A stretch of 30,796 nucleotides of DNA from a virus. Lineage: Duplodnaviria > Caudoviricetes. A program made the translations under genes and the position numbers. Shown here piece after piece: positions 9,433 to 19,144 of the stretch. The DNA is taken from the IMG/VR virus record IMGVR_UViG_3300037483_000196, positions 1-30,796 of that record; one strand, given 5' to 3'. Below the pieces are notes generated by a model that had not been told where the DNA came from, did not search any database, and saw nothing but the letters and a program-made list of their open reading frames with translations. Each line of letters starts with the position of its first letter. Position 1 is the stretch's first letter.

Positions 9433-9849
9433 GCTTGCCCTCCTTCAAGAGCCGCAGCAAATAGTTAATCTCCGACCAACTCAACTGCATCATGTCAGCC
9501 TTGCTCCATCCATAAGCACTTGCTAAATGGTGGAGACTGTCAAGAAAGGGCGGTCGATATTTTCCTCATGCAGAAACTTAGCAGCAAGACTATCCAACTC
9601 GCTCAATGTTAATTTGTCGATTGTCTCTGCCATCACACTAGCGTCCGCCTTATTGATTGTGTGAAGCACCAACTTGGACATCGCGTTTACATCGGTCTGC
9701 ATCAGCAATTCGCGCGTCACTCCGTTCGCTTGCAGCGCTTTCCAGTCAGCGACGACCAGCGGAAGTGCGCCGTTCAACAGAATTTCCTTACCATCAATAG
9801 TTACCGACTTCAGGGGCTTCCACACTCCAGTTTTATCTTTCACCTTCAC
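9425..9849 (-). CDS. Tail assembly chaperone, -1 frameshifted long form
   Basis: Slippery heptamer C CCT TTC at 9544-9550. The -1 frame reads LDSLHHLASAYGWSKADMMQLSWSEINYLLRLLKEGKHG to TGA at 9425. Confidence 0.75.
9523..9849 (-). CDS. Tail assembly chaperone, short form
   Basis: Lies between tail tube and tape measure; GTG start with AAGGAG upstream. Confidence 0.8.
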   Translation of the reverse strand: MKVKDKTGVWKPLKSVTIDGKEILLNGALPLVVADWKALQANGVTRELLMQTDVNAMSKLVLHTINKADASVMAETIDKLTLSELDSLAAKFLHEENIDRPFLTVSTI

Positions 9850-9855
9850 TCTCCT

Positions 9856-10812
9856 TTAGTAGTTAGACTTCACCGTAGTCAACGTCACAGCAATAGCAGT
9901 GGCGCTGCCGGGGCTGTAAAACCCCTTGCCCTCGAACCCGACTGTGATGCGCTCCTTACCAGGGATCGCCAACGGGAACGCAGTGTACACCATGCGCGGG
10001 ATGTCGATCACCATCTTGAAGCTGCTCGCCTTCGTCACGCTGACCGTCAGACGTTGCTCCGTCTGGTTGACGAAGTTCAGGTACTCGGCGTTGTCGGCGA
10101 AATCCAACGTGCCCGTCACATTGACCATCTGGTGATCGTTGCGGCGCACCTTCGCGATGTCGGTCGTCAGGTTGAGCGCGGCGATACCCTCCAGGTTGTT
10201 GTTGATGCCGATGGTCAGCGTCTCGATCAGCGCCGTCGCCGCGCCGCCCAAGCTGAGGCTGCACGTGTCGAACGTGAATGGCTTGCTGGGCGAGCCAGGG
10301 AATGTTGGTGCGGTTCTCGACGCCGCCGCCGTGTGGCCGCGCCCGATCATCTGCGCCTCGCACATCACCGCGCCGTTATTGTTGAAGGTAATATTTAGCG
10401 CGTTGACGACGCATCCTGTGTATCGCTGCGATGAGGTGACATCACGATAGATTTCAAGCGTGTATGGCACGACAGGCGTCTCCGAGCTGAAATCTCCAGA
10501 GCCAGTCTTGAACAGGGTCGAATAGAGTACGCCTGAAGCGACCTCCGTCGCGCCAAAATTCGACAGCGCAGATGCGAGGAAATACCCGATTGATACAGGA
10601 TGCGCGGCAAACGTGATGCCGCCCGTCACCCTGCGCAGGCCGGGTGTATCGTCCGGCTCCGCTAGCGAACCGATGATGTTCTTATGCTGGAACCGTTCGA
10701 TTGCCAGCGATACGTTTTCAGAAAGCGCCTCGACATAATCCGTTACTGTCGTGCCGCTACCCCAGTTGGTCTCTTTACCGAGACCGATGTGCCCAGCGAA
10801 ACCATACGACAT
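9856..10812 (-). CDS. Major tail tube protein
   Basis: GLGKETNWG N-terminus, YTLEIYRD, RYTGCVVNALNITF and RRNDHQMVNVTGTLDF; strong RBS; synteny. Confidence 0.85.
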   Translation of the reverse strand: MSYGFAGHIGLGKETNWGSGTTVTDYVEALSENVSLAIERFQHKNIIGSLAEPDDTPGLRRVTGGITFAAHPVSIGYFLASALSNFGATEVASGVLYSTLFKTGSGDFSSETPVVPYTLEIYRDVTSSQRYTGCVVNALNITFNNNGAVMCEAQMIGRGHTAAASRTAPTFPGSPSKPFTFDTCSLSLGGAATALIETLTIGINNNLEGIAALNLTTDIAKVRRNDHQMVNVTGTLDFADNAEYLNFVNQTEQRLTVSVTKASSFKMVIDIPRMVYTAFPLAIPGKERITVGFEGKGFYSPGSATAIAVTLTTVKSNY

Positions 10813-10828
10813 GATGTGTTCTCCTTTA

Positions 10829-11266
10829 CTAAACCTCGGCCATTAACTCAGCCCTTACAATGATCTCTCCGCCGGACGTGAACCCGCTCGACTCCGGCAG
10901 CATGGCGGTCGGCATCCTGCCACCGTCTATCCAGGACGTGTCCACCATGTCGTTTATCGTCCTGTTCTGCATCAGCAACAACTCAACGTCGCCAATCACG
11001 CTGTCGCGCTGCTTGATCGCCTCCTTGACGTTGAGTCCGTACGTCCAGACCCACACCGCGAAATAGGGCACGACGCGCATCTTCAACCCCGCAGCCATCG
11101 GCTGGTTGGCCGGTATCTCGCGCCTGTCCACGTACACGGCGACTATCGGCGAATTGTCCGGCCCGACGATCAACTCCTCCTCGACCACAACCATCACGTC
11201 AGGCATGTCCGCGCGGATTATCTCCGCAAGTTCTTCGGCGATCGCAAAGTAGTCGACCTTAGCCAT
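10829..11266 (-). CDS. Tail terminator / completion protein (putative)
   Basis: About 145 aa, immediately upstream of the tail tube gene. Confidence 0.6.
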   Translation of the reverse strand: MAKVDYFAIAEELAEIIRADMPDVMVVVEEELIVGPDNSPIVAVYVDRREIPANQPMAAGLKMRVVPYFAVWVWTYGLNVKEAIKQRDSVIGDVELLLMQNRTINDMVDTSWIDGGRMPTAMLPESSGFTSGGEIIVRAELMAEV

Positions 11267-11786
11267 GAGGTTCCATCCCTTCATCCAGCCGCTTGACGTG
11301 CGCCTCCAGCAGCCGCACGCCCATGTCCTTCGCCTCGTCCTGCGTCGGCAGCATGCGCCGCGCTGGCAGTCCAGGATGATGAACGTACCTCGCGAACACG
11401 CGGCCTCCGACAGTGATGAAGCTCAGCACCTGGGCGCGCACAGGTCTGATGTCGTAGGGGCGTGTGCCGAAGTGATGCCACTCGGCCACGTCCAACTGAG
11501 AACCTACCCACAGAGTGTCCTCCGATTCCATCTTCGATGTGAAGCTCATGCGCAGCTTGCCGGTGTCCTGCAGGATGCGACCGCTGCCGCCCCTGCGCCC
11601 TGCGACCGTGTTCTCGGACAGCGGCTTCCAACCGCCAGCCAGCTTGCCGTCCGATTTGAAGTTGTCGTCGATCCAGCGCAACTGCCGCAGCCCAATGGCC
11701 TTGAGCAGCCCACGCTTGTTCAGCGCGCGCCCGATCCGCGCCAGCTTGCGCTCCGCCTCCATCGTGTCGATCTTGATCGTAATCAT
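11259..11786 (-). CDS. Phage virion morphogenesis protein (Mu gpG-like)
   Basis: WKPLSENT, RILQDTGKLRMS, VGS...AEWHHFG and PARRML. Start at MITIK. Confidence 0.85.
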   Translation of the reverse strand: MITIKIDTMEAERKLARIGRALNKRGLLKAIGLRQLRWIDDNFKSDGKLAGGWKPLSENTVAGRRGGSGRILQDTGKLRMSFTSKMESEDTLWVGSQLDVAEWHHFGTRPYDIRPVRAQVLSFITVGGRVFARYVHHPGLPARRMLPTQDEAKDMGVRLLEAHVKRLDEGMEPHG

Positions 11787-12271
11787 AGGAGGTCCCTGTC
11801 TCCACGGATAACGTCTATCTTGTACGAGTCGACCAGTGACAGTGTCATGTCGTCCTCCGTCATGGTCGGCAAGTAGTCCATCGTGCTCGACCACGGCAGC
11901 CCCGGTCCGGCAGTGACGATGGCACCACTCGACGTAAGTAGCGGGATGGTCCCAGCGGCGATCTCGTCAAGCACATCCAGCGCCTCCTTGTATCTATCGG
12001 GCCACGGACTCTTGCTGAGCTGCTCACCCGCGAAGATACGCTTCGCCAGCAGGTTGTATAGCGTGATGTCAAGTGATAGGGTTTGTAGCAGCGGTACGTC
12101 GCCCGCGATAGGCAGCGTGTACTGCTTGCTTACCTTCGCATTAATGAGCGCCTCGCTACGCCCGATGAAGGAGCATACCACCGCGCTCGTAATGTTGGTA
12201 ATGCTGCCGACGGCAGGCAGCGCCTCCAGTACATTGGCTACTGTAGTGTAACTAGCCGGGAACGTGTACAT
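11783..12271 (-). CDS. Head-tail connector (Mu gp36 / DUF1320-like)
   Basis: INAKVSKQYTLPI, LSLDITLYNL and RYKEALDVLDEIAAG. Confidence 0.8.
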   Translation of the reverse strand: MYTFPASYTTVANVLEALPAVGSITNITSAVVCSFIGRSEALINAKVSKQYTLPIAGDVPLLQTLSLDITLYNLLAKRIFAGEQLSKSPWPDRYKEALDVLDEIAAGTIPLLTSSGAIVTAGPGLPWSSTMDYLPTMTEDDMTLSLVDSYKIDVIRGDRDLL

Positions 12272-12455
12272 GATCCACCGCCTTCTCAATCTCTAGGATA
12301 TTGATCTCCTGGCCGGGGTAGACATAGAAAGCTTCCTCTTCGTCATCTTCCAGCCTGCGTTCTTTCAGTACCTCGCCCGTCAGGCCAATGACGGTGCGGA
12401 CCAGCACATCATTGAGGTTGTGCGGTGGACACCTGATGTAAACCGAAGTAGTCAT
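12252..12455 (-). CDS. Hypothetical protein (67 aa)
   Basis: AAGGAG RBS; fills the gap between the GT fusion and the connector gene. Confidence 0.6.
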   Translation of the reverse strand: MTTSVYIRCPPHNLNDVLVRTVIGLTGEVLKERRLEDDEEEAFYVYPGQEINILEIEKAVDHVHVPG

Positions 12456-12466
12456 ATCGCTCTCCT

Positions 12467-15400
12467 TTAATAACTCGGATCGACGAGCACAGATAACTTG
12501 TCGTCCACCCTGCGCGTGGATTCAGCCATGAAATCATCCTTGGTAGCAAACCGGCAACGCACTGATCCGATGCTCGGGTCCGCCATCTCACGGGAAGCAT
12601 CAAACTGCCAGGCTACCTCAAACCCTTCGCCCAGGATCGTGAGCGCGTCTGAATAGTACTGCAAGCTGTCCGCACCCATATAGATATTCTTGCCGACGAA
12701 GTAGCGCTGGTGCAGGTCGATTACCTCGCGGCAACGGCGCTCAATATCGTGCGTGAGACGCCCACCGTTCTGCTCCAGTTCAAACCGGCACAGCAGGATA
12801 TTGTCACGCATGATGAAGTGTTTCTGGAGAATACGGTCGGGATACATCTCCTGGTCCTTCAGCAACAACGGGTAGTTACGGATGAAGCGTGCCTGGCGCG
12901 TGCTCTCGATCAAATAGCCGACGTGCGCGAGATGTGCGTCCGCCATCACGATCACCTCGCCCGGACCTGCATTGAGCGCCAACTCGGGGTGCTCATGAAT
13001 CATGCCGAAAAACTTCATCTTGCGCCCGTCCTCAAGAACGCGATTACGGAAGAACCGTACTGGCATGTCAGGCGAGAATGAGGTATCGCACGCGAAGTGG
13101 TGCTGGCGAATACCGTAGCCATTGAACATGTTTTCACGCATGTACTTCTGTACGTTAACCTGGTTGATGAGTCGCTCATCAGTGTCAATCCAAAATGCCC
13201 AGTCCATCCGGCATGCGTCGAGACCGATGTTGCGAGGCACCTCAAACCCCTCGATGCGCGGATCAGCGCCGCTAATTATGTTGGTCCCGTATTGCGCCGC
13301 GATGCGCAGTGCCTCAGCTCCCATCCCGTTATCAACAATGATTATCTCATCCGCCACGTGCTTGAGTGAACGTAGGCACCAGTGCAGGTTCTCCTCGCTA
13401 TTCGGACCCGCCATCATGAAGGTAGACACTGTCTGGCGAGGACGCTGTAGCCACCGCTTACGGTGCATGTCGATGCGTCCGGTGGGCGTACCGTCCTTCT
13501 GGTACTTGATGACCCACCATCCGATGGCAGTCCCAAGCTCTTCACTAAACGAGTGATGCAGCGCATCTACCTCGAAATTCTTCTTGCTGCCGAACATATC
13601 GCGCAGGTCGTGCATATCGAAGTGCCAAATATGGCAGCGGTGCGGGTAGCTGAAGTAACTCGCATATTCCCAAGGCCCATAGGGAACAGTGATGTAGACC
13701 CAGCCGTCATCCGGTACGCAGCGCTCAAGAGACTCGATAATTGACCATGGCTCAGGCACATGCTCCAACAACTCCTGTACCAACAATGCATCATGCTGTC
13801 CGAATGTGTCCGCCTGTTCATGCGTCGCCACGACAAAGCGCACATCCGCAGCCTCATGCCCAGGAACGGTGCGCGACTTATCCTCCGCGATTTCAATGGT
13901 GCGCGGGTCGATATCCACGCCCGTAAACCGCTTGCCCGTCGCCACGCTGCCATGATAAGCATAGCCACCAAGGCCGCAGCCATAGTCAAGTACACTCTGA
14001 ATGTCGTCGCGCGTCTTGAGCCAGTCAACCAGCACCTTGAACCGCGTCTCGTTCTTGATGTACTCGAAGACCTCAGCATTATGCGTTTCACCGATCTTCG
14101 CATACTGCGCGACGAAGTCATTGGGCGTACCGAATGCGAAGTCGAACGGTTTAAGCAGCGCATCAAGCTCATGCCAATTCCGCAAGGCGGCAGTCACACC
14201 AGCGACCATTTGGCCTTGACTGTGGCGAAAGCTATCTGCGTCTGGCGTCTGGATATTGATGTTGAGGTGGCCGCTGGCGTCATCTTTTGACTCGGTAGCT
14301 CCCAAATCATCGACGATCTGCCGCGCCATCACAATGTCTGAATTACGCCAGGCGTGGCGCACCAGACGCTCAGTATCGTTATTGCGCATACGCAGCATGC
14401 GCTCGAACTCCCACACCCAGTCATCGGCAAGATCGTCCCAGCTCAGTTCCTTGGCGCGAGTTAAGCCGGACTGTTCTGCAATAGAATGGCTCAGGGGATT
14501 ACCTAAATAATCGAGTACTGCGTCGGTGAACTCAGCCTGGTAAGTCTCGGTCCACGGGTCGCCATCAATCAGTGTCCCCGCACTAGCAGCAATAGTCTCT
14601 GGCAACGCGCCACGGTTGGATGTGACGATGGGCAGGCCCATCGCCTGGGCCTCCATCACAGCGATGCAACTTACCTCGCTGAACTCCTTACTAACAATAC
14701 CGGGTGTAGGGTAGGCATAGACGTTGGCGTTGCTGAGTTCACCGTACAGTTCGCGCTTCTTCAATGCACCCAGCCACACAACCTTACCCTCACCGTAGGA
14801 ATCACCAAGCGCGCGCAGGTTGGCATAGAATTCCCGGAGGTGTTCGACGTTGTTGTCATACGTCGCGATCCTGAGCTGTGCGTCAGGCTCCTTGATCCAG
14901 ACGCGTGGCATAATATCGCGCAGCAGGATGTCTAGGCCACGCTCAGGACGTGCGCAGTACATGACGCGCTTCGACTCCAAACGAGCAGGATGAGGATGAT
15001 CGAGGACTTCGTCGCACAGTGCCACATCAATGCCATTGCGCGTGCGCAACAGCAGTGACTCGGGAAGATTGTAAACGCGCTTATACTGTTCGGCCATAAA
15101 GTTCGACAATACCATCACGCCGTCCACATTCCACAGCGCGCTCTTGAACCGCGATGCTTGGCGCCCGAGCGCGAGGTCGTGGCACCACATGAGGTTCAGC
15201 TTGGAATTAAGGATAGTCGCAAACATCTCGGGTGCGCGCTGGATGATGCATACGTCATGCGGCGTCGTGCGCGCATAACCTGGGAACAAGGCGGCTGGCA
15301 AATAGCGTGCGCCGAACTCGTCCTCACTAGCAGTCTCCGTATTGCAGAATACAGTAACGTGCTGACCTTTACGCGCCAGCGCCTGTGCCATGTAAAGGGC

Positions 15401-15493
15401 TGCGCTCTCGCTACCCCCGAGAGAACGCTCCTTCAAGGTGCCGCCATCAAACGGCATGCCGGGCACAAACATCACGATGTCCAAGTCGATCAC
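12467..15493 (-). CDS. Multidomain GT4 glycosyltransferase - class I SAM methyltransferase - GT2 glycosyltransferase fusion (~1008 aa)
   Basis: GT4: GGSE, RNGID, ERGL, E.SCIAVMEAQAMGLPIVTSNRGALPE. MTase: VLDYGCGLG, ELLEHV. GT2: CLRSL..ADEIIIVDNG, RN.GLD, WAFWIDTDE, IHEH, HVGY. GTG start at 15493 with GAGGAG RBS. Confidence 0.9.
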   Translation of the reverse strand: MIDLDIVMFVPGMPFDGGTLKERSLGGSESAALYMAQALARKGQHVTVFCNTETASEDEFGARYLPAALFPGYARTTPHDVCIIQRAPEMFATILNSKLNLMWCHDLALGRQASRFKSALWNVDGVMVLSNFMAEQYKRVYNLPESLLLRTRNGIDVALCDEVLDHPHPARLESKRVMYCARPERGLDILLRDIMPRVWIKEPDAQLRIATYDNNVEHLREFYANLRALGDSYGEGKVVWLGALKKRELYGELSNANVYAYPTPGIVSKEFSEVSCIAVMEAQAMGLPIVTSNRGALPETIAASAGTLIDGDPWTETYQAEFTDAVLDYLGNPLSHSIAEQSGLTRAKELSWDDLADDWVWEFERMLRMRNNDTERLVRHAWRNSDIVMARQIVDDLGATESKDDASGHLNINIQTPDADSFRHSQGQMVAGVTAALRNWHELDALLKPFDFAFGTPNDFVAQYAKIGETHNAEVFEYIKNETRFKVLVDWLKTRDDIQSVLDYGCGLGGYAYHGSVATGKRFTGVDIDPRTIEIAEDKSRTVPGHEAADVRFVVATHEQADTFGQHDALLVQELLEHVPEPWSIIESLERCVPDDGWVYITVPYGPWEYASYFSYPHRCHIWHFDMHDLRDMFGSKKNFEVDALHHSFSEELGTAIGWWVIKYQKDGTPTGRIDMHRKRWLQRPRQTVSTFMMAGPNSEENLHWCLRSLKHVADEIIIVDNGMGAEALRIAAQYGTNIISGADPRIEGFEVPRNIGLDACRMDWAFWIDTDERLINQVNVQKYMRENMFNGYGIRQHHFACDTSFSPDMPVRFFRNRVLEDGRKMKFFGMIHEHPELALNAGPGEVIVMADAHLAHVGYLIESTRQARFIRNYPLLLKDQEMYPDRILQKHFIMRDNILLCRFELEQNGGRLTHDIERRCREVIDLHQRYFVGKNIYMGADSLQYYSDALTILGEGFEVAWQFDASREMADPSIGSVRCRFATKDDFMAESTRRVDDKLSVLVDPSY
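14182..14265. repeat. Diverged copy of the tape-measure 3' segment (7269-7352)
   Basis: Ungapped manual alignment gives 66/84 nt identical; protein NIQTPDADSFR(H/R)SQGQM. Confidence 0.9.
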
Positions 15494-15504
15494 TTCACTT
15501 CTCC

Positions 15505-15798
15505 TCAAGTTATACTTACCTTCGTGCGTACCACATTGAATAGGAAGCGCCTGCGGAATGGGTACGCCGTGCCGCTGACGGTCTTCTGCGCTGACCACTC
15601 ACCCATGTAAATCCCGTCCGCGCTTGACGGCATGGTGTACAAACTATAGAACGCCGTTGTCCCAGACGTAAGGGCAGTGGCGGACGATACCAAATTATCC
15701 CCGCTGCCGACTACCGCGAACGATGGTGCTGCATCGGGCGCCACGGAACTCGTAAAAGTAAATTGAAGAGTATCACCGGCTTCATGCTGCTGTCTCAT
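15505..15798 (-). CDS. Small beta-rich virion protein (Ig/BppU-like, putative)
   Basis: EAGDTLQFTF...YSLYTMP..DGIYMGEW...FNVV pattern; translationally coupled to the fibre gene. Confidence 0.55.
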   Translation of the reverse strand: MRQQHEAGDTLQFTFTSSVAPDAAPSFAVVGSGDNLVSSATALTSGTTAFYSLYTMPSSADGIYMGEWSAQKTVSGTAYPFRRRFLFNVVRTKVSIT

Positions 15799-17636
15799 GC
15801 CTCTACCCTCCAGATGTTGTTCGATACTGTGATCCCCAGCAAGTCTCGATTGCTGGTTTCAATACCAAGTAAGTCCACCGATTTAAGTCGTGCATATACC
15901 AGAAAGTCAATCACGACCCCTGTCCACACGGTCGCAGCCTCATCCTTGAACAACAGTCCCTCACTCGCTGTGATCCCCCACATCCGCTCAATCACGTCTG
16001 ACAGCAGCAGCGAGCTGATGCTTGAGATTCCGTACTCCATTGCACGCCCATCAGCGACTAGCATCGAGTCATGCAGCTCACGCAGCAACTCGGACATCCG
16101 TGCATCACTAAGGAATATCGATTCTCGAAACTGGGCGTACCTATCAAAATAGAACTGGTCTTCCATCAGCACGCCATCGCGCAGCAATATCTCTAGTTCA
16201 CCTGTAACGATCAGCGCTTCAGCCGAATCGACCAGCATCAAATTGTCGATAAGGTTCCTGAGCAACTCCTTGATAGGTGCATCCTTCATTAACAGCGCAT
16301 CCCCGGCAGTGATCAGCAACTCACGAATAGGCGAATCGGAGAGCAGCAAGCCATCAGTTAGTAAGCGTTCAATGACCAACCCCGCGCCCGCTATCGCCGT
16401 TGTTACACTATCGGTCAGAAGCAGATGATCCAGCGCAAACTTCTCCAAAGTCCTATTTACAGAATCAGCAAGCAGCAAAGTGTCTGTAATGGTTATATCC
16501 AAACCAGACGACAATTTTTCAGCAAGAACTGTATCGACGAGCATTAGCCTATCAGCCGCTGCTAGGTCGAATGAGCGACGCAGCATGGAAGCCATCAGCA
16601 CAGAGTCGATTAGCGTGCGGTCGAGTGTGGATATGCGCACATCAGCCAACATGATGCTATCGCGCAGCACCCGACCAAGCTCTGATGTATTGTGGGATAG
16701 TATCAGCAGCCCATCAGCCGTGATACGATCTATAGCGCGCATGTCTCTTTGAAGCAGCATCACGCCATCAGCTACAATCCTGTCAATGATGGCAGTGAGA
16801 GTGCTGGTGGCATCGCCGAGCATCACAGTATCCGTTGCGGAGCGTTCTGTGATCCCTGTTGCTATAGCATCGAAGTAAAACATCAATTGCCGATCCCCCA
16901 GCAACTGCCATACGTTGGAAGAGAACTTCTTGATTTCCTCATATACCAAAGGGCGATTGAATACGACTAATAACGCATTCGGCCATTCAGACCCTTCTGT
17001 AGAACTGGTCGGGGGCACATGTAGATAAACCCCAGCAGGCAACGCAATCCCAGCAACGGCAGTTGATGATTCAGTGACGTTTATCCCATCCCGATACAGC
17101 ACAGGAGCGGAAGTTCCTGCGGGGCGATTAGCGATAAAAACATGCCAGTCGCCATCTATCTGAGAAACTGTTGATTGTGCCCGGCTCTTAAACCCGGATA
17201 GATATTCGACGAACGTAAAACGACTTTGTGAAATGGCTGTGGCAGAGTCCATGTTAAATGCAAGCATAGCTTGCGGATATGTGCTAGCAGCCTCGCTACC
17301 AAGCAATAAATGCCGGTCCTTCACAAGTTGTGCTGACGGTTTTGCCAGCACAAGTACAGCATATCCATCACCCGTATTTGCGACTGACTGAATTCCTGTC
17401 CAGCGCAACCCGCTTGCGCTATCCGTTGGTTTGGATGCCATTCCATGCTGCGAACCAATATCCTCCACAGTCCCGACTTTGGTCGGGAAACTTTTGGTTT
17501 TCAGATCATGTTTCCATGGCCTACCGGACACAGAAGCGAACGCAATTATCCCTGCGTACTTGGCATCCAGCTCAACTGGATAGTCCGGCTGTTGCGTCCA
17601 TTCAAATGCCAGAGGAAAATGGAATGCCGTAGTCAT
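15795..17636 (-). CDS. Fibre-like protein with LamG/ConA-like N-domain and ~18-aa repeats
   Basis: DGDWHVF, LYRDG and VFNRPLVYEEI are LamG-like, followed by about 16 D-x-hhh-x-D repeats. Confidence 0.65.
   Translation of the reverse strand: MTTAFHFPLAFEWTQQPDYPVELDAKYAGIIAFASVSGRPWKHDLKTKSFPTKVGTVEDIGSQHGMASKPTDSASGLRWTGIQSVANTGDGYAVLVLAKPSAQLVKDRHLLLGSEAASTYPQAMLAFNMDSATAISQSRFTFVEYLSGFKSRAQSTVSQIDGDWHVFIANRPAGTSAPVLYRDGINVTESSTAVAGIALPAGVYLHVPPTSSTEGSEWPNALLVVFNRPLVYEEIKKFSSNVWQLLGDRQLMFYFDAIATGITERSATDTVMLGDATSTLTAIIDRIVADGVMLLQRDMRAIDRITADGLLILSHNTSELGRVLRDSIMLADVRISTLDRTLIDSVLMASMLRRSFDLAAADRLMLVDTVLAEKLSSGLDITITDTLLLADSVNRTLEKFALDHLLLTDSVTTAIAGAGLVIERLLTDGLLLSDSPIRELLITAGDALLMKDAPIKELLRNLIDNLMLVDSAEALIVTGELEILLRDGVLMEDQFYFDRYAQFRESIFLSDARMSELLRELHDSMLVADGRAMEYGISSISSLLLSDVIERMWGITASEGLLFKDEAATVWTGVVIDFLVYARLKSVDLLGIETSNRDLLGITVSNNIWRVEA
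15940..16850 (-). repeat. Degenerate ~18-aa protein repeat array
   Basis: DTVMLGD, DSIMLAD, DRLMLVD, DTLLLAD, DHLLLTD, DGLLLSD, DALLMKD, DNLMLVD, DGVLMED, DSMLVAD and others. Confidence 0.8.
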
Positions 17637-17637
17637 T

Positions 17638-18111
17638 TCAGACAGTCACTCCAACCACGAACGGGGTGATCTTAACGACCATGTTCGTGCCGCCATCATT
17701 GTTCATTATTTGTGCGGTGGAATTTCTGATGTATGGCGCGAACTTGCGAACCCCGACCAAACTTATTACTATCTCCCGGCGTTGGAGTGCATCTGCCGCC
17801 GCCATAGTCCATGATCCTAGCCATCGCGCGCCACCCACTGCTGTGCCGCTGGGCGCGTCCGTGTCGTCATCGGTGCCGTCTGTGTCAATCATCAGCCCAT
17901 ACAGATCAACCGTCGTCCCAGCCACAGGCGCAGCAGCCCAGTCAGGAGCTTCCAGCATCGCTACAGCATGCGTGGCGTATGGCACCGATGCATCGGTGGT
18001 ATTGTCGAACGTCGTTCCAACAGAACTAAAGTTTCCACTCGCGATATCGGAAGCCAAGTCAAACACCTGTTGCGCGGTGCCGAAAAACATTTTTGGTTTA
18101 TAATCGGCCAT
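17638..18111 (-). CDS. Hypothetical virion protein (beta-sandwich-like)
   Basis: GAGGAG RBS, operon context, beta-rich composition. Confidence 0.6.
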   Translation of the reverse strand: MADYKPKMFFGTAQQVFDLASDIASGNFSSVGTTFDNTTDASVPYATHAVAMLEAPDWAAAPVAGTTVDLYGLMIDTDGTDDDTDAPSGTAVGGARWLGSWTMAAADALQRREIVISLVGVRKFAPYIRNSTAQIMNNDGGTNMVVKITPFVVGVTV

Positions 18112-18124
18112 GATTTAACTCCTC

Positions 18125-18628
18125 TTACATACTGATAAAGTCTGTGTAAGGTACCGGTCCTTCATAAGTAAGCAATCCCGCGCCCGCCGTTGTGTCGAGT
18201 CCACTACCAGTCGCAAATACTTTCTCGATCACACTAGCTTTACGTCTGCCAACGATATCTAGATGCGTCCGGTTCAATGCTGCGTTGCCAGTGCCGCTGA
18301 ATATATCAGCGAATGCCTGCCTGACGTTCGGCAGTGACGGATTCATCATCAGGATGGAATTGAAAAGCTGATTCCAGCATTCAAGCTCGCCATTGCTGCG
18401 CCCGATGAATCCGTTAGCAGCCCAGATAAACGATGTGCCGCCGCGACTTACGCTCTCGACGACCTCCTTTTTCTCGACAGCCGTGCGCCACACCCAGAAA
18501 TCAGGAGAATGATCGGTATTCAGCGCGAATGCCAAACCATCCAAGTTGCCGTCAACATACAGCGTATTAATCGCTGGAACAGTAGCGATGTACGCCACCA
18601 ATACGACTTTCTGTTCTGGAGTCAGCAT
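18125..18628 (-). CDS. Hypothetical protein (probably virion-associated)
   Basis: AAGGAG RBS; operon context. Confidence 0.6.
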   Translation of the reverse strand: MLTPEQKVVLVAYIATVPAINTLYVDGNLDGLAFALNTDHSPDFWVWRTAVEKKEVVESVSRGGTSFIWAANGFIGRSNGELECWNQLFNSILMMNPSLPNVRQAFADIFSGTGNAALNRTHLDIVGRRKASVIEKVFATGSGLDTTAGAGLLTYEGPVPYTDFISM

Positions 18629-18640
18629 TGTGGTTCTCCT

Positions 18641-19144
18641 TTAGATCGTATTGCTGCCAACGTTGGTCTCCAGCGTGATCTTCAACAGGTCACTGCCCGC
18701 CAACGTTACTGCCGCGAACGTCACCCGCTGGAACATTGTGCCGTTGCCCGAGGCTGCATGGTTGAAGACGCCAGCCTCTGTAATGGCGATGCTCGTGACG
18801 GAATCCGCCGCCCCGCCAAACGTTGCGACACAGGTGTGGATATTGTTGGTCGCTGCGGAGTTGGTGGATAATGCCTTGCGGACGACCTCTCCGGTAAGTG
18901 TCGTGTCAGTCAGCCCTGCTGCTGTGGCAACAGTACCGACTGCCATGTATGCCATGGCCGATGCAACGGTGTCCCCTGCGGCGATGCGCTTGGCGAGATA
19001 GGTGCGACCTGCATTCACGATTAAATCGTTGACGCACACCTCCTCCACCCCGCCATTCGCCCGCAGGATTTCCGCCCGCACCAGCTCCCACAACCCGAGT
19101 GACTCCTGGGCTGGGATGGCTGCTGTAAAAATTCTTTCAGTCAT
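18641..19144 (-). CDS. Collar / fibre-base-like structural protein
   Basis: LIVNAGRTYLA, YMAVGT, DTTLTGEV.RK and ITEAGVFN.ASGNGTMF resemble tail-collar fibre N-domain proteins. AAGGAG upstream of 19144. Confidence 0.65.
   Translation of the reverse strand: MTERIFTAAIPAQESLGLWELVRAEILRANGGVEEVCVNDLIVNAGRTYLAKRIAAGDTVASAMAYMAVGTVATAAGLTDTTLTGEVVRKALSTNSAATNNIHTCVATFGGAADSVTSIAITEAGVFNHAASGNGTMFQRVTFAAVTLAGSDLLKITLETNVGSNTI

Noticed and set aside
7269-14265. TMP/GT repeat pair as a diversity-generating retroelement TR/VR
   Set aside because: Mismatches are not adenine-specific on either strand, are mostly synonymous, and no reverse transcriptase is in the window.
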